From a virus (Duplodnaviria; Caudoviricetes): a stretch of DNA of 55,722 nucleotides. Below are positions 25,700 to 34,311 of the stretch, in pieces. The stretch spans positions 1-55,722 of the IMG/VR virus record IMGVR_UViG_3300025065_000003. One strand, given 5' to 3'. Numbering within the stretch: the first letter of the stretch is position 1; every line of letters starts with the position of its first letter. The notes beneath the pieces were generated by a model that saw nothing but the letters and a program-made list of their open reading frames with translations, was not told the origin of the DNA and searched no databases. The position numbers and the translations under genes were made by a program.

Positions 25700-26641
25700 T
25701 TAGCCGCGCTCGGCGTACAGATGGCCCATGGCGTTGGGGTCAATGACCTCATAGCCAAAGACGTTGAGCCCGCGCACCAGCTGGCCGAAATCAGTCGGGT
25801 TAGGCAGGTTCTCCATCTTGGTCATCTGCGACGCAAAAGTGAGCGCCTTCTTGTGACCAAAGATCGCGTTCGTAGCCTGCCGCGTGGTGGTGGCGTCAGT
25901 CACTTTCGACATGTTGTTGCTGATATACACGTCGAAGCGGTCGAGCATGCCGACTTTGCCGTTACGAAATACCGAGGTGTTATCACCCATGGCACTCGCG
26001 TCTCGCAGGTCGGACTTTTTGAGCATGCCGTTCATCCACGCAGGGAGAACGATCCAGCGGCCGTCATCGGGCACGTTCTGCTCATCGAGTACCGAACCAC
26101 AATCCACCAGCACATCGAGGATGTTGGTTTTGTCCACGGATACCGGCGCTCCCGCCTCGCCCATGTTGTACCCGCCAGACTCACGGCCAGCGGCAGCACC
26201 TGCGTTCTCTGCGGCTGCATCGGCAAACACGTCGCCGAGAATCACCTTGTCGATGGCGATCTTCATCTGCTGACCAGCATCGTCCGACCAGTTATCCATC
26301 AACTTGATATCGGCTTGATACTCGTCAACGTCGTTCACCTCGAAGGCAAAATACTTCGCCTTGTCGATGTGCAGCTCGACCTTGTCGCTGGTCGGCTTCT
26401 CGTAGTTGAGACCGCCGCCAACTTCATAGTCGCGGATGGTGATAGACGGCGTAGTGCGGATCATCACCGTGTCGCCTTGCGACTTGATCTCACCCTCGTA
26501 GTCAGTGTTCGAGATTTCAGCGAAACAGGTTCGCTGATACAGCTTTTCGACCATCTTTCCCGACCAGACCTGTGGGATGAACCCAGAGGCGGACGTGCTG
26601 GAATAGTCGGGATGTGATGCGTCGCGTGTTGGACCTGCCAT
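25700..26641 (-). CDS. Major capsid protein (HK97 fold, P22-coat-like family)
   Basis: FIPQVWSGK..YEGEIKSQGDTVMI..G(K)VGMLDRFDVYISNN; follows the scaffold gene. Confidence 0.9.
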   Translation of the reverse strand: MAGPTRDASHPDYSSTSASGFIPQVWSGKMVEKLYQRTCFAEISNTDYEGEIKSQGDTVMIRTTPSITIRDYEVGGGLNYEKPTSDKVELHIDKAKYFAFEVNDVDEYQADIKLMDNWSDDAGQQMKIAIDKVILGDVFADAAAENAGAAAGRESGGYNMGEAGAPVSVDKTNILDVLVDCGSVLDEQNVPDDGRWIVLPAWMNGMLKKSDLRDASAMGDNTSVFRNGKVGMLDRFDVYISNNMSKVTDATTTRQATNAIFGHKKALTFASQMTKMENLPNPTDFGQLVRGLNVFGYEVIDPNAMGHLYAERG

Positions 26642-26692
26642 TGGAATAACCTCTTATCGCCTCACGGCGAGGAATCGGAACCGCCAGCCGGG

Positions 26693-27613
26693 TTATCGAA
26701 CCCGGCCTTCACGTTGGGCGGCGAATATGTCGGCTTCCAGGCGTTGCGCTTCGTCAGCGGAGTAGCGGCCAGCGGTCTTGTCACGATAGAACTGGGTAAT
26801 GTCGGCACCCGTCCACAGCCGCCCGCCTTGTGCTTGCGGCGTTGGGGCTGCTTTCGTGGTGCGCGGTTCTACTTGCTCATCGGGGACTTGGCGCTGCTGC
26901 TGCGTTGGCTTCGCTTGGTTCAGATAGAGCTTGAAAACGTCAGCCACCCCTTTCGCGTCTAGCGACTGCTGCGCCTGACTGAGTGCCTGTTGGTACTGCT
27001 TGCCCGTTTGTGGATTGAACGTGCTAAGGAATTGCAGGAACGCCGGTTCGCTATTGATCTGCTCGTAGTTGGGCACCGCTTGCTCTAACCCGATCCAGAA
27101 CCGCGCTTCTGCATCCTCTTGCTTCTCGGATTCGAGACGCTCAAGGCGTTGCGCAATCTCTGTATTGGGCTGCTGCTGGGAGCCACTTAACCGCATCATT
27201 AGCGATACAAGGTCGTCGCCATACTCTTCTTTGTAGCGAGCTAGCTCTTCATCGCTTACACCTGGCAGCGATTGCTTAGGCGCGTCGGGTGCTTTGCTGG
27301 CATCGGCTAGCTGCTGCTTTAGCTGTTCGTTCTCTTTACGCAGTGCCGGAACTTCGGTGTCGTACTTTCCGCGAATGACGTTAAAGCGGTGTTCCCAATA
27401 CAGAGCATCTTTTGCCTCTGTTTTGGGTTCGACTTTCGGCGGCTCGGCGGATTGCGTATCGGGTTTGTCAGTGTCCGGCTTCTCAGCGTCGCGTGGCGGG
27501 TTTTGCTCGCTGTCAGGAGCCTTCGCTTTGTCGGCGTCGGGATTCTCTGGTTCGCGGTCAAAGTGCTGTGCGGCGGCGGCAACTTGCGCCTGAACGGACT
27601 GGGGTAATGACAT
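26693..27613 (-). CDS. Capsid scaffolding protein
   Basis: Charged, helical; GKYDTEVPAL; C-terminal IFAAQREGRVR; lies between portal and capsid. Confidence 0.8.
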   Translation of the reverse strand: MSLPQSVQAQVAAAAQHFDREPENPDADKAKAPDSEQNPPRDAEKPDTDKPDTQSAEPPKVEPKTEAKDALYWEHRFNVIRGKYDTEVPALRKENEQLKQQLADASKAPDAPKQSLPGVSDEELARYKEEYGDDLVSLMMRLSGSQQQPNTEIAQRLERLESEKQEDAEARFWIGLEQAVPNYEQINSEPAFLQFLSTFNPQTGKQYQQALSQAQQSLDAKGVADVFKLYLNQAKPTQQQRQVPDEQVEPRTTKAAPTPQAQGGRLWTGADITQFYRDKTAGRYSADEAQRLEADIFAAQREGRVR

Positions 27614-27714
27614 TTCAACTCCTATGACGCCTCACGGCGTGTCTGTGAGCCGGACTTAGCCGGGGTTCACGATTCGGGTAACGGGTTCAACCTGCAGTGC
27701 TGAGCGTTGCCCAC

Positions 27715-27742
27715 AAAAAAGCCGCCTCCGGAGAAGCGGCTT
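27715..27742 (-). terminator. Intrinsic terminator
   Basis: Minus strand AAGCCGCTTC-tccg-GAGGCGGC followed by TTTTTT. Confidence 0.75.
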
Positions 27743-27766
27743 GCTTGTGAGGCCGGACGCATCCGG

Positions 27767-27991
27767 CTATTTAAAGCGCGTGTCGATAACATCACGCGCG
27801 GTTTCTAACTTTTCGATAAGGCCCGCTAGTGCAGTGGCCTCGCCCTGCTTACGCGCTAACTCTGTGCTATCGCGGCATTGCTCCAAGTGGTTGCGACAAT
27901 CCTCGCGCAGGAACTTGAGCATTTCCAATAGGTGCTTGCCGTCCTGACTGCTGTTGATTCGCGACAGGGCTTTCCACTGCTGCTCGTTCAT
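27767..27991 (-). CDS. Small portal-adjacent protein (Bbp19-like)
   Basis: GAGG RBS; RKQGEATALAGLIE motif; overlaps the portal 3' end by 125 nt. Confidence 0.75.
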   Translation of the reverse strand: MNEQQWKALSRINSSQDGKHLLEMLKFLREDCRNHLEQCRDSTELARKQGEATALAGLIEKLETARDVIDTRFK

Positions 27992-30122
27992 TTGCACCTC
28001 TCTGGGTTTCGGCTATCAACTTGGCAATCTGTGCTAGCAAGTGTTGGGCATCCAGCGGTGCCATTTGCTGAGCTATCTGGGTTTCGGCTTGGGTTTCAGC
28101 AGCGTCGGCACCGTACTTCTGTGCCTGCGCCTGCTTAACTGCCACGTCGGCTTGGGCCTTGGCTTGCTCGATCTGTTGCTGGGCTTCTAGCTGCGCTTGT
28201 TGGGCCTGCTGCTGCTTGGCCAGGTTCTGCTCCATTTGCTCTTGCGTGGGGATCAGGCCGGGCATATCCAGCTTCTCGGCAACGCTATCCAGCAGCTTGC
28301 GTCGACCTTCCATGCCCACGATGCCCATATCCATTTCATTCTGAGTGAGCTGTAAGAACTGCTGGCGTAGCATGTTGGTCTGTTCGCGTATCAGCATGGC
28401 TGAGCTACCGCGCGCGACGACATTACAGTCACCCTTGATGCTTGGGTCTTCGCTGTACTGCATGTTGTAAAGCCAAAGCGCCTCAATCACGCGGCGCATC
28501 ACACCACGGTCAATGTGCCGGATGGCGTCTTTAATCCCCTTATTTGCGGATTCCATGAGCATCGATAGGCCGCTCGCCGTATTACCAGCGCCGCCTACGT
28601 TCTCATTGCCATAGGTGTAGCGCGGAATATTGGTCGCATCATCGGCGCGGCGCTCGAACTGCTCATAAACGGACAACAATTCAGCCGCGTTACTACTCGG
28701 CTGATAAAAGCGGATCGCGGGATTGTTACCAGTGACCTGACTGTCTTTAGTACGCCAGATTTTCCAGGGGTAGATGTTGGTCGGGTCTTCTTGCGGCTGC
28801 AGGCGGTCTTCGTAGACCTCCACCTGCGGGCCGGATGAAATAGCGAGGTTGTTCACCAGGCTGCGCGCCGTGGCGTTGCACACGTCCTGAACATCCGCCA
28901 TCAGCTCAGGGATACTCTGCCCCCAGAAGCTGCCCGGCACCGGCTGGTAGCTCGCCTTGTGGTATGGCCGACGCTCCAACGGATCACGGTTAATGCGCAC
29001 GCGGATAACGTGCTGACCAATCAAGATGGCCTCAATCTCATACTCTGCCAGCGGGTCTTCAATATCGTCAGGGTTAACGCCCCACTGCAGCAGCGTCACG
29101 CCTTGTGCACCACCAGAATAAATAAGGCCATCGATGGTTTCGCCGTGGGTCAGCCATTCATGGCCACGCCCTTCTAGCTCGGCACGCTCGCCATCTGTCC
29201 ATAGCCAGTCGCGTAAGCCGCCTTGGCCATACTGCTCCAGCACCCGGCGGATGGCTTCTTCGTCGAACGACGGCACTCCGACCAGCTGGTTGAGCTGCAT
29301 GCGCGTGAAGCGTGCGCGCTCGATGATGAACGCGCCGTCATCCACGTTGGTGGCGTCAGGGCTGGGGTACATATCGAACGGCGACACGCGCTCAAACTCA
29401 GGCCGAATAGTCGTGCTCTTGACCGGCTGCCAGCCTTCTAGCCACTCCAGTGTAGGCACGCGTCGCAGGATGGGTGCGCGCACAAACGCAGCGGGATAGG
29501 TGACAAAATCGTCAACGAACTGCTCAAACGCCTCACTCCAGCCGCCCTCGGCTAGCTGGTCGGCAATCACGTCTTCATGGCGTTCGGCGGCCTCTTCGGC
29601 CTTCTCTTGCGCCATTTGCCGGACTTGTTCACGCGCCTGCTCAATCAGTGCCGCCATATCCACCTGCTGGCCCTGCTGCTGCGCCTGCATGGCTTGCTGC
29701 TGCATCTGCTGGAATACAGGGGCAACGTACTCGTCGGGCACGTCTGCCACTGGTGTAGGTTGCAAGCCCCACGGCTGCTCATTGGCAGGCATCATAATGT
29801 CGCGAATCCAAGCACCGGCGGCGCGGCACTTGGTGGCCGTCAACATCATGTAAATCTCGGCACCGCCTTCCTTACGAATTGCAGCCAGCTTGTTAGGGTC
29901 GTACTCACCTTTGCGACGACGCAGACAATCCAACAGTCGGTATTCAACCTCTTGCTTGGCTGTCTTTGCGGATTCCCACGACCGGCGAATGTGCGCGCCC
30001 AGCGACGACTCCATGAGCTGACGACGGCGCTCCTCCTCGGCCTGCATTTGTTGTGCTTCAGCCGCTTGCTCAGCGTGCATCTCAGTCGCCGACTTGTACT
30101 GCAGCAGTCCCAAACTAGCCAT
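27867..30122 (-). CDS. Portal protein (P22-like, long Q-rich barrel)
   Basis: About 750 aa following the terminases; RVSPFDMYP, GSFWGQSI, TASGLSML motifs. Confidence 0.9.
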   Translation of the reverse strand: MASLGLLQYKSATEMHAEQAAEAQQMQAEEERRRQLMESSLGAHIRRSWESAKTAKQEVEYRLLDCLRRRKGEYDPNKLAAIRKEGGAEIYMMLTATKCRAAGAWIRDIMMPANEQPWGLQPTPVADVPDEYVAPVFQQMQQQAMQAQQQGQQVDMAALIEQAREQVRQMAQEKAEEAAERHEDVIADQLAEGGWSEAFEQFVDDFVTYPAAFVRAPILRRVPTLEWLEGWQPVKSTTIRPEFERVSPFDMYPSPDATNVDDGAFIIERARFTRMQLNQLVGVPSFDEEAIRRVLEQYGQGGLRDWLWTDGERAELEGRGHEWLTHGETIDGLIYSGGAQGVTLLQWGVNPDDIEDPLAEYEIEAILIGQHVIRVRINRDPLERRPYHKASYQPVPGSFWGQSIPELMADVQDVCNATARSLVNNLAISSGPQVEVYEDRLQPQEDPTNIYPWKIWRTKDSQVTGNNPAIRFYQPSSNAAELLSVYEQFERRADDATNIPRYTYGNENVGGAGNTASGLSMLMESANKGIKDAIRHIDRGVMRRVIEALWLYNMQYSEDPSIKGDCNVVARGSSAMLIREQTNMLRQQFLQLTQNEMDMGIVGMEGRRKLLDSVAEKLDMPGLIPTQEQMEQNLAKQQQAQQAQLEAQQQIEQAKAQADVAVKQAQAQKYGADAAETQAETQIAQQMAPLDAQHLLAQIAKLIAETQRGANERAAVESPVANQQQSGRQAPIGNAQVPARGLSQPLGAMPR

Positions 30123-30564
30123 TAGCAGCACCCTGCGTTAGCGCGCGGTAGATAGCGGCATCGGCAGCGCGCTTATGGGTGCGCATCCGCTGCACGTTTC
30201 GGCGCATCGGGCCTAGCTGCTTAAAGAGATCGGTCACGTAGCCAGCGGGATCGTCTAAGAACTCAAGCAGCTTGACGTTAAATGTCACGCCCATATTGCC
30301 CTCAACTTCAAACTGCAGGCGCATGCCTGGCTCTGGCGTCGTAACCTTCTCCTCGATAATGATCATATCGATTTGCACGTTGCCAACGTCGGGACGGAAA
30401 CGCTTTGAGGGAATTGGGATGCCGTGCTTCATCAACTCCTGCGCCATGCCCATGGCGGCATCGCGCGCGAACTTTTCAATCTCACGGCTTTGCAGGCCTG
30501 CTAGGCGCAATGCTGCCGTTCGGGCGCGCTGCTGCTGCGAGCCGTTCGGGGTGGTGTGAATCAT
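30115..30564 (-). CDS. Hypothetical protein between terL and portal
   Basis: 149 aa; GGAGG RBS inside a hairpin; overlaps the portal start. Confidence 0.7.
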   Translation of the reverse strand: MIHTTPNGSQQQRARTAALRLAGLQSREIEKFARDAAMGMAQELMKHGIPIPSKRFRPDVGNVQIDMIIIEEKVTTPEPGMRLQFEVEGNMGVTFNVKLLEFLDDPAGYVTDLFKQLGPMRRNVQRMRTHKRAADAAIYRALTQGAANG

Positions 30565-30584
30565 AGCGCCTCCCGGCGGGGTGA

Positions 30585-32180
30585 TTAGGTGTGTGCGCTC
30601 CAGCCACCGCGTGACGAGCGGTTAGCGGGTGTGGCGGGCAGTTGCGCCCTTGCAAACAGTGATGAGCGAGCGAGGGTTTCAAGCGCCTTGGCACCGTGAG
30701 ACGCCCAGTCATGTCGAGGTGTTGACTTGTACACGCCGCGTTTGTCGTCCCATTCCTTGCGGTAGTTATCGAGGCATAGCACGCCCTGGTGGCAGGCTTC
30801 CTCGTCTATCCAGCACATCGGCAGGAACTGGCGCGTGGCCTGCACGCCCTCGGCGTGGTTACTAATGCGTGGCACCGTCTCAAAATTGATGCCAAAGCCC
30901 TTGGCAACATCGGAACGACTCAGGCCAGTGCCTAGCTCTCTAACCGCCAGATCGTGCGGGCCAAAGTGGCCACCGTAGCGATAGCCTTTCTTGTTGAGCA
31001 GGTCGGCGTAGTATTCGATGCCCTCGCCCTCGCCTTCCAGATAGTCGACAAGATGCACTTCACGCCCAACGACTTGAGCAAACCAAATCGCCATGGTGTC
31101 GTTCATGCCCAAGTCCCAGCCGGTATAAACCGGCAGGCTTGGATTAACCTGCACCTCACTGGTAAGCCGCTTATTCTTGCGCAGGTGCTGCATTTGTGTA
31201 GCGAAGTACGCGCCTTCTACTGACTGACTGAACGCCTCCTCTGGTGTGCTGGGGTACTCGCGCTGCATGTCATCCTGCAGCACCTCAGACTTCTTGGCAT
31301 ACCAGGCGCGCTGGCCGTCAGTCGTCTGAATGCGGTGCTTATGCTCTAGCTGCTCAAAATATTCGTTTAGCCGCTGCGGTATCACCACGCCTTTAGGATC
31401 GAGCGTATACGCTGACTCTTGCCACCAAGGGAAGAAATGAAACTGGAAGTCCATCGAAGTGGGGTTTCGGCCTTGATCCTGCAGTTGGCGGGCTGACTCG
31501 CAATAGCTGAAAAAATAGCCTTCACGTCCTTCGGCTGTTGATTCCAGCGTTATCTGATTACCCAGCCCAACAGCTTCAAACGCGCCGGTGACGATCTCTT
31601 GTGCTTTGTGTGGGAACTGGCGGCATATCTTGCCGAACTCCGATACGTGCAGGCGCTGCAGCGTGCCGCCACGATAAGACGTGCTGACCCGAATGCTTGA
31701 GCCATTATCGAAGACGTAAGCACCGCTGCCGCTTTTATCGCTCGACGGCTTAGGAAACCTCAAGCCGATCATGTCGAAGATGGCGAGCCATGCATCGCTG
31801 ACATTTTGGTATGCAAACGTGATCTTGTTCCTGAATATATCCTGTGCGTCATCGAGCTTGTGACAGATGCAGCCAGCGCTGAAATTATCGATGAACAAGC
31901 AGTCATCCAGGGCGTCGATCATTTCAAAGGTCGTGAAGCCAAGCTGCCGGGCTTTCAGGATAATGTCGCGGCAATGCCGGTTGATATAACGCTCTCTCTG
32001 CGCATCGTTCGGTGTGAACACCTGAACGCGACCATCCTTATCTTTGATCTTGTACAGCGCGCAGATACGAAACCACTTGAGCGCCAAGGCCTCGACCAAA
32101 TCAGCCTTTTCAGTCAGGCGGCCTTTCTCAAGTGCTCGCAAGTACGCATTAGCGCGCTTAATTTCTTCTGCTCGCGTCAT
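30585..32180 (-). CDS. terL: Terminase large subunit
   Basis: Walker A ILKARQLGFTT, Walker B LHVSE, coupling motif ESTAEG, nuclease GWDLG. Confidence 0.95.
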   Translation of the reverse strand: MTRAEEIKRANAYLRALEKGRLTEKADLVEALALKWFRICALYKIKDKDGRVQVFTPNDAQRERYINRHCRDIILKARQLGFTTFEMIDALDDCLFIDNFSAGCICHKLDDAQDIFRNKITFAYQNVSDAWLAIFDMIGLRFPKPSSDKSGSGAYVFDNGSSIRVSTSYRGGTLQRLHVSEFGKICRQFPHKAQEIVTGAFEAVGLGNQITLESTAEGREGYFFSYCESARQLQDQGRNPTSMDFQFHFFPWWQESAYTLDPKGVVIPQRLNEYFEQLEHKHRIQTTDGQRAWYAKKSEVLQDDMQREYPSTPEEAFSQSVEGAYFATQMQHLRKNKRLTSEVQVNPSLPVYTGWDLGMNDTMAIWFAQVVGREVHLVDYLEGEGEGIEYYADLLNKKGYRYGGHFGPHDLAVRELGTGLSRSDVAKGFGINFETVPRISNHAEGVQATRQFLPMCWIDEEACHQGVLCLDNYRKEWDDKRGVYKSTPRHDWASHGAKALETLARSSLFARAQLPATPANRSSRGGWSAHT

Positions 32181-32719
32181 CGCTCGGAGCGCACCTCTTT
32201 CAACAGGTCAGCAAGGCTTTTGCCAGCGTTATGCTCATGCTCGTGCTTTTCAGCCCACTGGCCAAGCTGTTTGCCCATGTGCTTACCGATCAACTCTAGC
32301 GGCCTGATCTTGTCAATCATCTTGATCTTGTGCAGGTACTCAACTTCAGGCTCCTCGCCTTCCTGGCCTGGAATCATCTTCGTGACGACTTCAATGCTTT
32401 GCACTGCAGCTGCCGTATCGTCATCCAGATCGTGAACAGCCTTCAATCGTCCGTCAGGCGTGAACAGCTTTCGGACATCAGACATACCCATACGCGCAAG
32501 TTGCAAAACCACTTCGTCAGCAGTGATCTGCGTGCGATTTGAGCGGCCATTCATGCGCTCTTGAATAGCGCTTTGGATTTCAACATTTTTCAACAAGCGC
32601 TGGCCTTGCGAGTATGCTGTTTTCTCGCTGTAGTCAGCCCTTATCGCCGCTTGCGTGGCATTTAGGTCAACGAGGTACTCATCGACGAAGCGAGACTGTT
32701 TTTCTGTTAACTTCGCCAT
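32177..32719 (-). CDS. terS: Terminase small subunit
   Basis: LTEKQSRFVDEYLVDLNATQAAIRADYSEKTA (Terminase_2 family). Confidence 0.95.
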   Translation of the reverse strand: MAKLTEKQSRFVDEYLVDLNATQAAIRADYSEKTAYSQGQRLLKNVEIQSAIQERMNGRSNRTQITADEVVLQLARMGMSDVRKLFTPDGRLKAVHDLDDDTAAAVQSIEVVTKMIPGQEGEEPEVEYLHKIKMIDKIRPLELIGKHMGKQLGQWAEKHEHEHNAGKSLADLLKEVRSER

Positions 32720-32747
32720 AAAAAAACGCCGCCATTACTGGCAGCGT
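32720..32747 (-). terminator. Terminator-like hairpin immediately before the terS ATG
   Basis: Minus strand ACGCTGCCA-gtaa-TGGCGGCGT-TTTTTT-ATG. Confidence 0.7.
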
Positions 32748-32767
32748 CTCCATAGAATAGGGGCCGG

Positions 32768-32932
32768 ACGCTTCACAGCGTGCGGCGGGTGTCGGTAGTG
32801 TCGGCGGTGCTTCACAGCATGGCGTGACTACCTCCCCCATCTAACGGTCAGGGGTATCCGAGATGGATCACCTCCTACGCTGGCGGGGATTCGGTGCAAC
32901 GCTTCACAGCGTGGCGTGTCGCCTCACGGCGA
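32768..32932 (-). repeat. Cluster of four GUGA-tetraloop hairpins in the holin-terS intergenic region
   Basis: Copies at 32768, 32808, 32899 and 32919; stems ACGCT/AGCGT, TGCT/AGCA and TCGCC/GGCGA. Confidence 0.85.
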
Positions 32933-32939
32933 GAACCGG

Positions 32940-33404
32940 TTATTGCTTTGGAATCTGTTGATAGATGCCCTGCTGGGCTTTGGCCTGCTCACGGGCCACT
33001 TGCCCGCTTTGCCACGTTGAAATGCCTCGCTCAGCCGTCTGGCCAGCAATATAGCCACCTACGCCCAACGTCATTAAATTCCAGAGCGCGTCGGGTAATG
33101 GCAAGGTCAAACCCACGCCAAACATGGCTGATAGATACGGCGCAATTAGGTAGTTGTTGGCCACGATAGCCACAATCGTAAGCATGAGAATCGGGCGCCA
33201 GTTGCGTTGCAGCCAGCTTTCTCCAGCCGCTTCTGCCAATATCACCTGCATTTGGCTTTTGAGAGCGCTGTTCTCGGCATCAATCAACTGCGCCTGAATT
33301 TCATGCTTGAGGCGCGCTGCTTCGTCTTTGTCAGTGACTGCCTTGTCGATCACGCTGAACAGCGGACCGGTAATCACCGATAACGCTTTAGCTGCAATGC
33401 TCAC
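32940..33404 (-). CDS. Holin (3TM/GTA-type holin family)
   Basis: EAAGESWLQRNWRPILML..LGVGGYIAGQTAE. Confidence 0.8.
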   Translation of the reverse strand: MSIAAKALSVITGPLFSVIDKAVTDKDEAARLKHEIQAQLIDAENSALKSQMQVILAEAAGESWLQRNWRPILMLTIVAIVANNYLIAPYLSAMFGVGLTLPLPDALWNLMTLGVGGYIAGQTAERGISTWQSGQVAREQAKAQQGIYQQIPKQ

Positions 33405-33706
33405 TGCATAGTCTCCAGCGCCGACACACGGCTGTTCAGGTTGTTGATGCGGCTCTCGATCTCGTCAAGCTCACGGCGTGCATCAGTAGCGCGGTAATAG
33501 GTATCACCCCAGCTTTTAAGCTCCTGGCGCATTTCTTGGAGCATTAAGCCCTGCATGGTTAGCCGCTCTTCTAAAACGACTGACTGCTGCCCCAGCTTCA
33601 CTAATTCAGAGCCAGCCCAAATAATTAGCGCTACCAAGAGCACCTGTATGCCTGTCTGCATATGCCGCTCGAATACGGATGGTTTCACGTCGCGCTCCTG
33701 GGGCAT
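33401..33706 (-). CDS. Lysis-module membrane protein (one TM plus coiled coil)
   Basis: Lies between endolysin and holin; TM IQVLLVALIIWAG. Confidence 0.65.
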   Translation of the reverse strand: MPQERDVKPSVFERHMQTGIQVLLVALIIWAGSELVKLGQQSVVLEERLTMQGLMLQEMRQELKSWGDTYYRATDARRELDEIESRINNLNSRVSALETMQ

Positions 33707-33720
33707 TACGCCGCCTCCCA

Positions 33721-34071
33721 TTACCAGCGTGCCGGGCCATTGGAACGCGTATCAACGTGGGTAAACGTCGAGTAGCGACCGAGGCTAGCGGAGGGAAAGT
33801 TGGCGGCAAGCCAGTCGTAAACGGCATCAGGTTCAACGCCGACAACGCGAATATCAGCAGCGCGGCCAAACGTGTGCTGGCTGTTAGGCGCGCCGCCTAC
33901 ACGGCGGTTGTAATCTGGGCAACGGCAGCCGCTATTGATGATCACCGGTTTGCCGAAGTGAGTGCGCACGGCCTCAAGGATACTCAAGGTATCAGTATCA
34001 ACCGTGTCAAAGCCGCATCCGCAATTACATGCAAACTCGGAACGGCTGAAATGCTCACTAATGCGGCTCAT
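33721..34071 (-). CDS. Endolysin, peptidase M15 family
   Basis: HFSRSEFAC..INSGCRC..N..VGGAPNSQHTFGRAADI..FTHVDTR. Confidence 0.92.
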   Translation of the reverse strand: MSRISEHFSRSEFACNCGCGFDTVDTDTLSILEAVRTHFGKPVIINSGCRCPDYNRRVGGAPNSQHTFGRAADIRVVGVEPDAVYDWLAANFPSASLGRYSTFTHVDTRSNGPARW

Positions 34072-34103
34072 ATAGGACTCCGACGCTTCACAGCGTGAGA
34101 AAG

Positions 34104-34180
34104 TGGTAGCGGGCGATGGATTCGAACCATCCGGTATCTAGGTTATGAGCCTAGCGAGACGCCATTTCTCAATGCCCGCT
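34104..34180 (-). tRNA. Phage tRNA with CAU anticodon (Met/fMet/Ile2-type), slightly atypical
   Basis: AGCGGGC/GCCCGCT acceptor stem, GAGA/TCTC D-stem, CTAGG-CTCATAA-CCTAG anticodon arm, GATGG-TTCGAAT-CCATC T-arm, encoded CCA. Confidence 0.85.
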
Positions 34181-34224
34181 ATAAACACGGAGGCCCCGCC
34201 AGAGGCTGGCAGGGCCTTAAATGG

Positions 34225-34251
34225 AAACGCCCCGGCTCGGAAGCCAGGGCG
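34225..34251 (-). terminator. tR'-like hairpin downstream of the late promoter
   Basis: Minus strand CGCCCTGGCT-tccg-AGCCGGGGCG followed by TTT. Confidence 0.55.
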
Positions 34252-34271
34252 CAGAATCTGATAGTGGAGTC

Positions 34272-34300
34272 AGTATGGCAGGCTCGTGCCCACTGGTCAA
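34272..34300 (-). promoter_or_regulatory. Putative late promoter (pR'-like)
   Basis: TTGACC-17 nt-CATACT upstream of the hairpins, tRNA and lysis genes. Confidence 0.65.
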
Positions 34301-34311
34301 TTTTTAAACAA

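Noticed and set aside
25721-26617. 298-aa ORF antisense to the capsid gene
   Set aside because: Mirror frame of a strongly codon-biased gene; no RBS or recognisable protein features
32768-32932. Repeat cluster read as a mini CRISPR array
   Set aside because: Repeats are only 12-14 bp, spacing is irregular (6-79 bp), copies are dispersed elsewhere, and there are no cas genes
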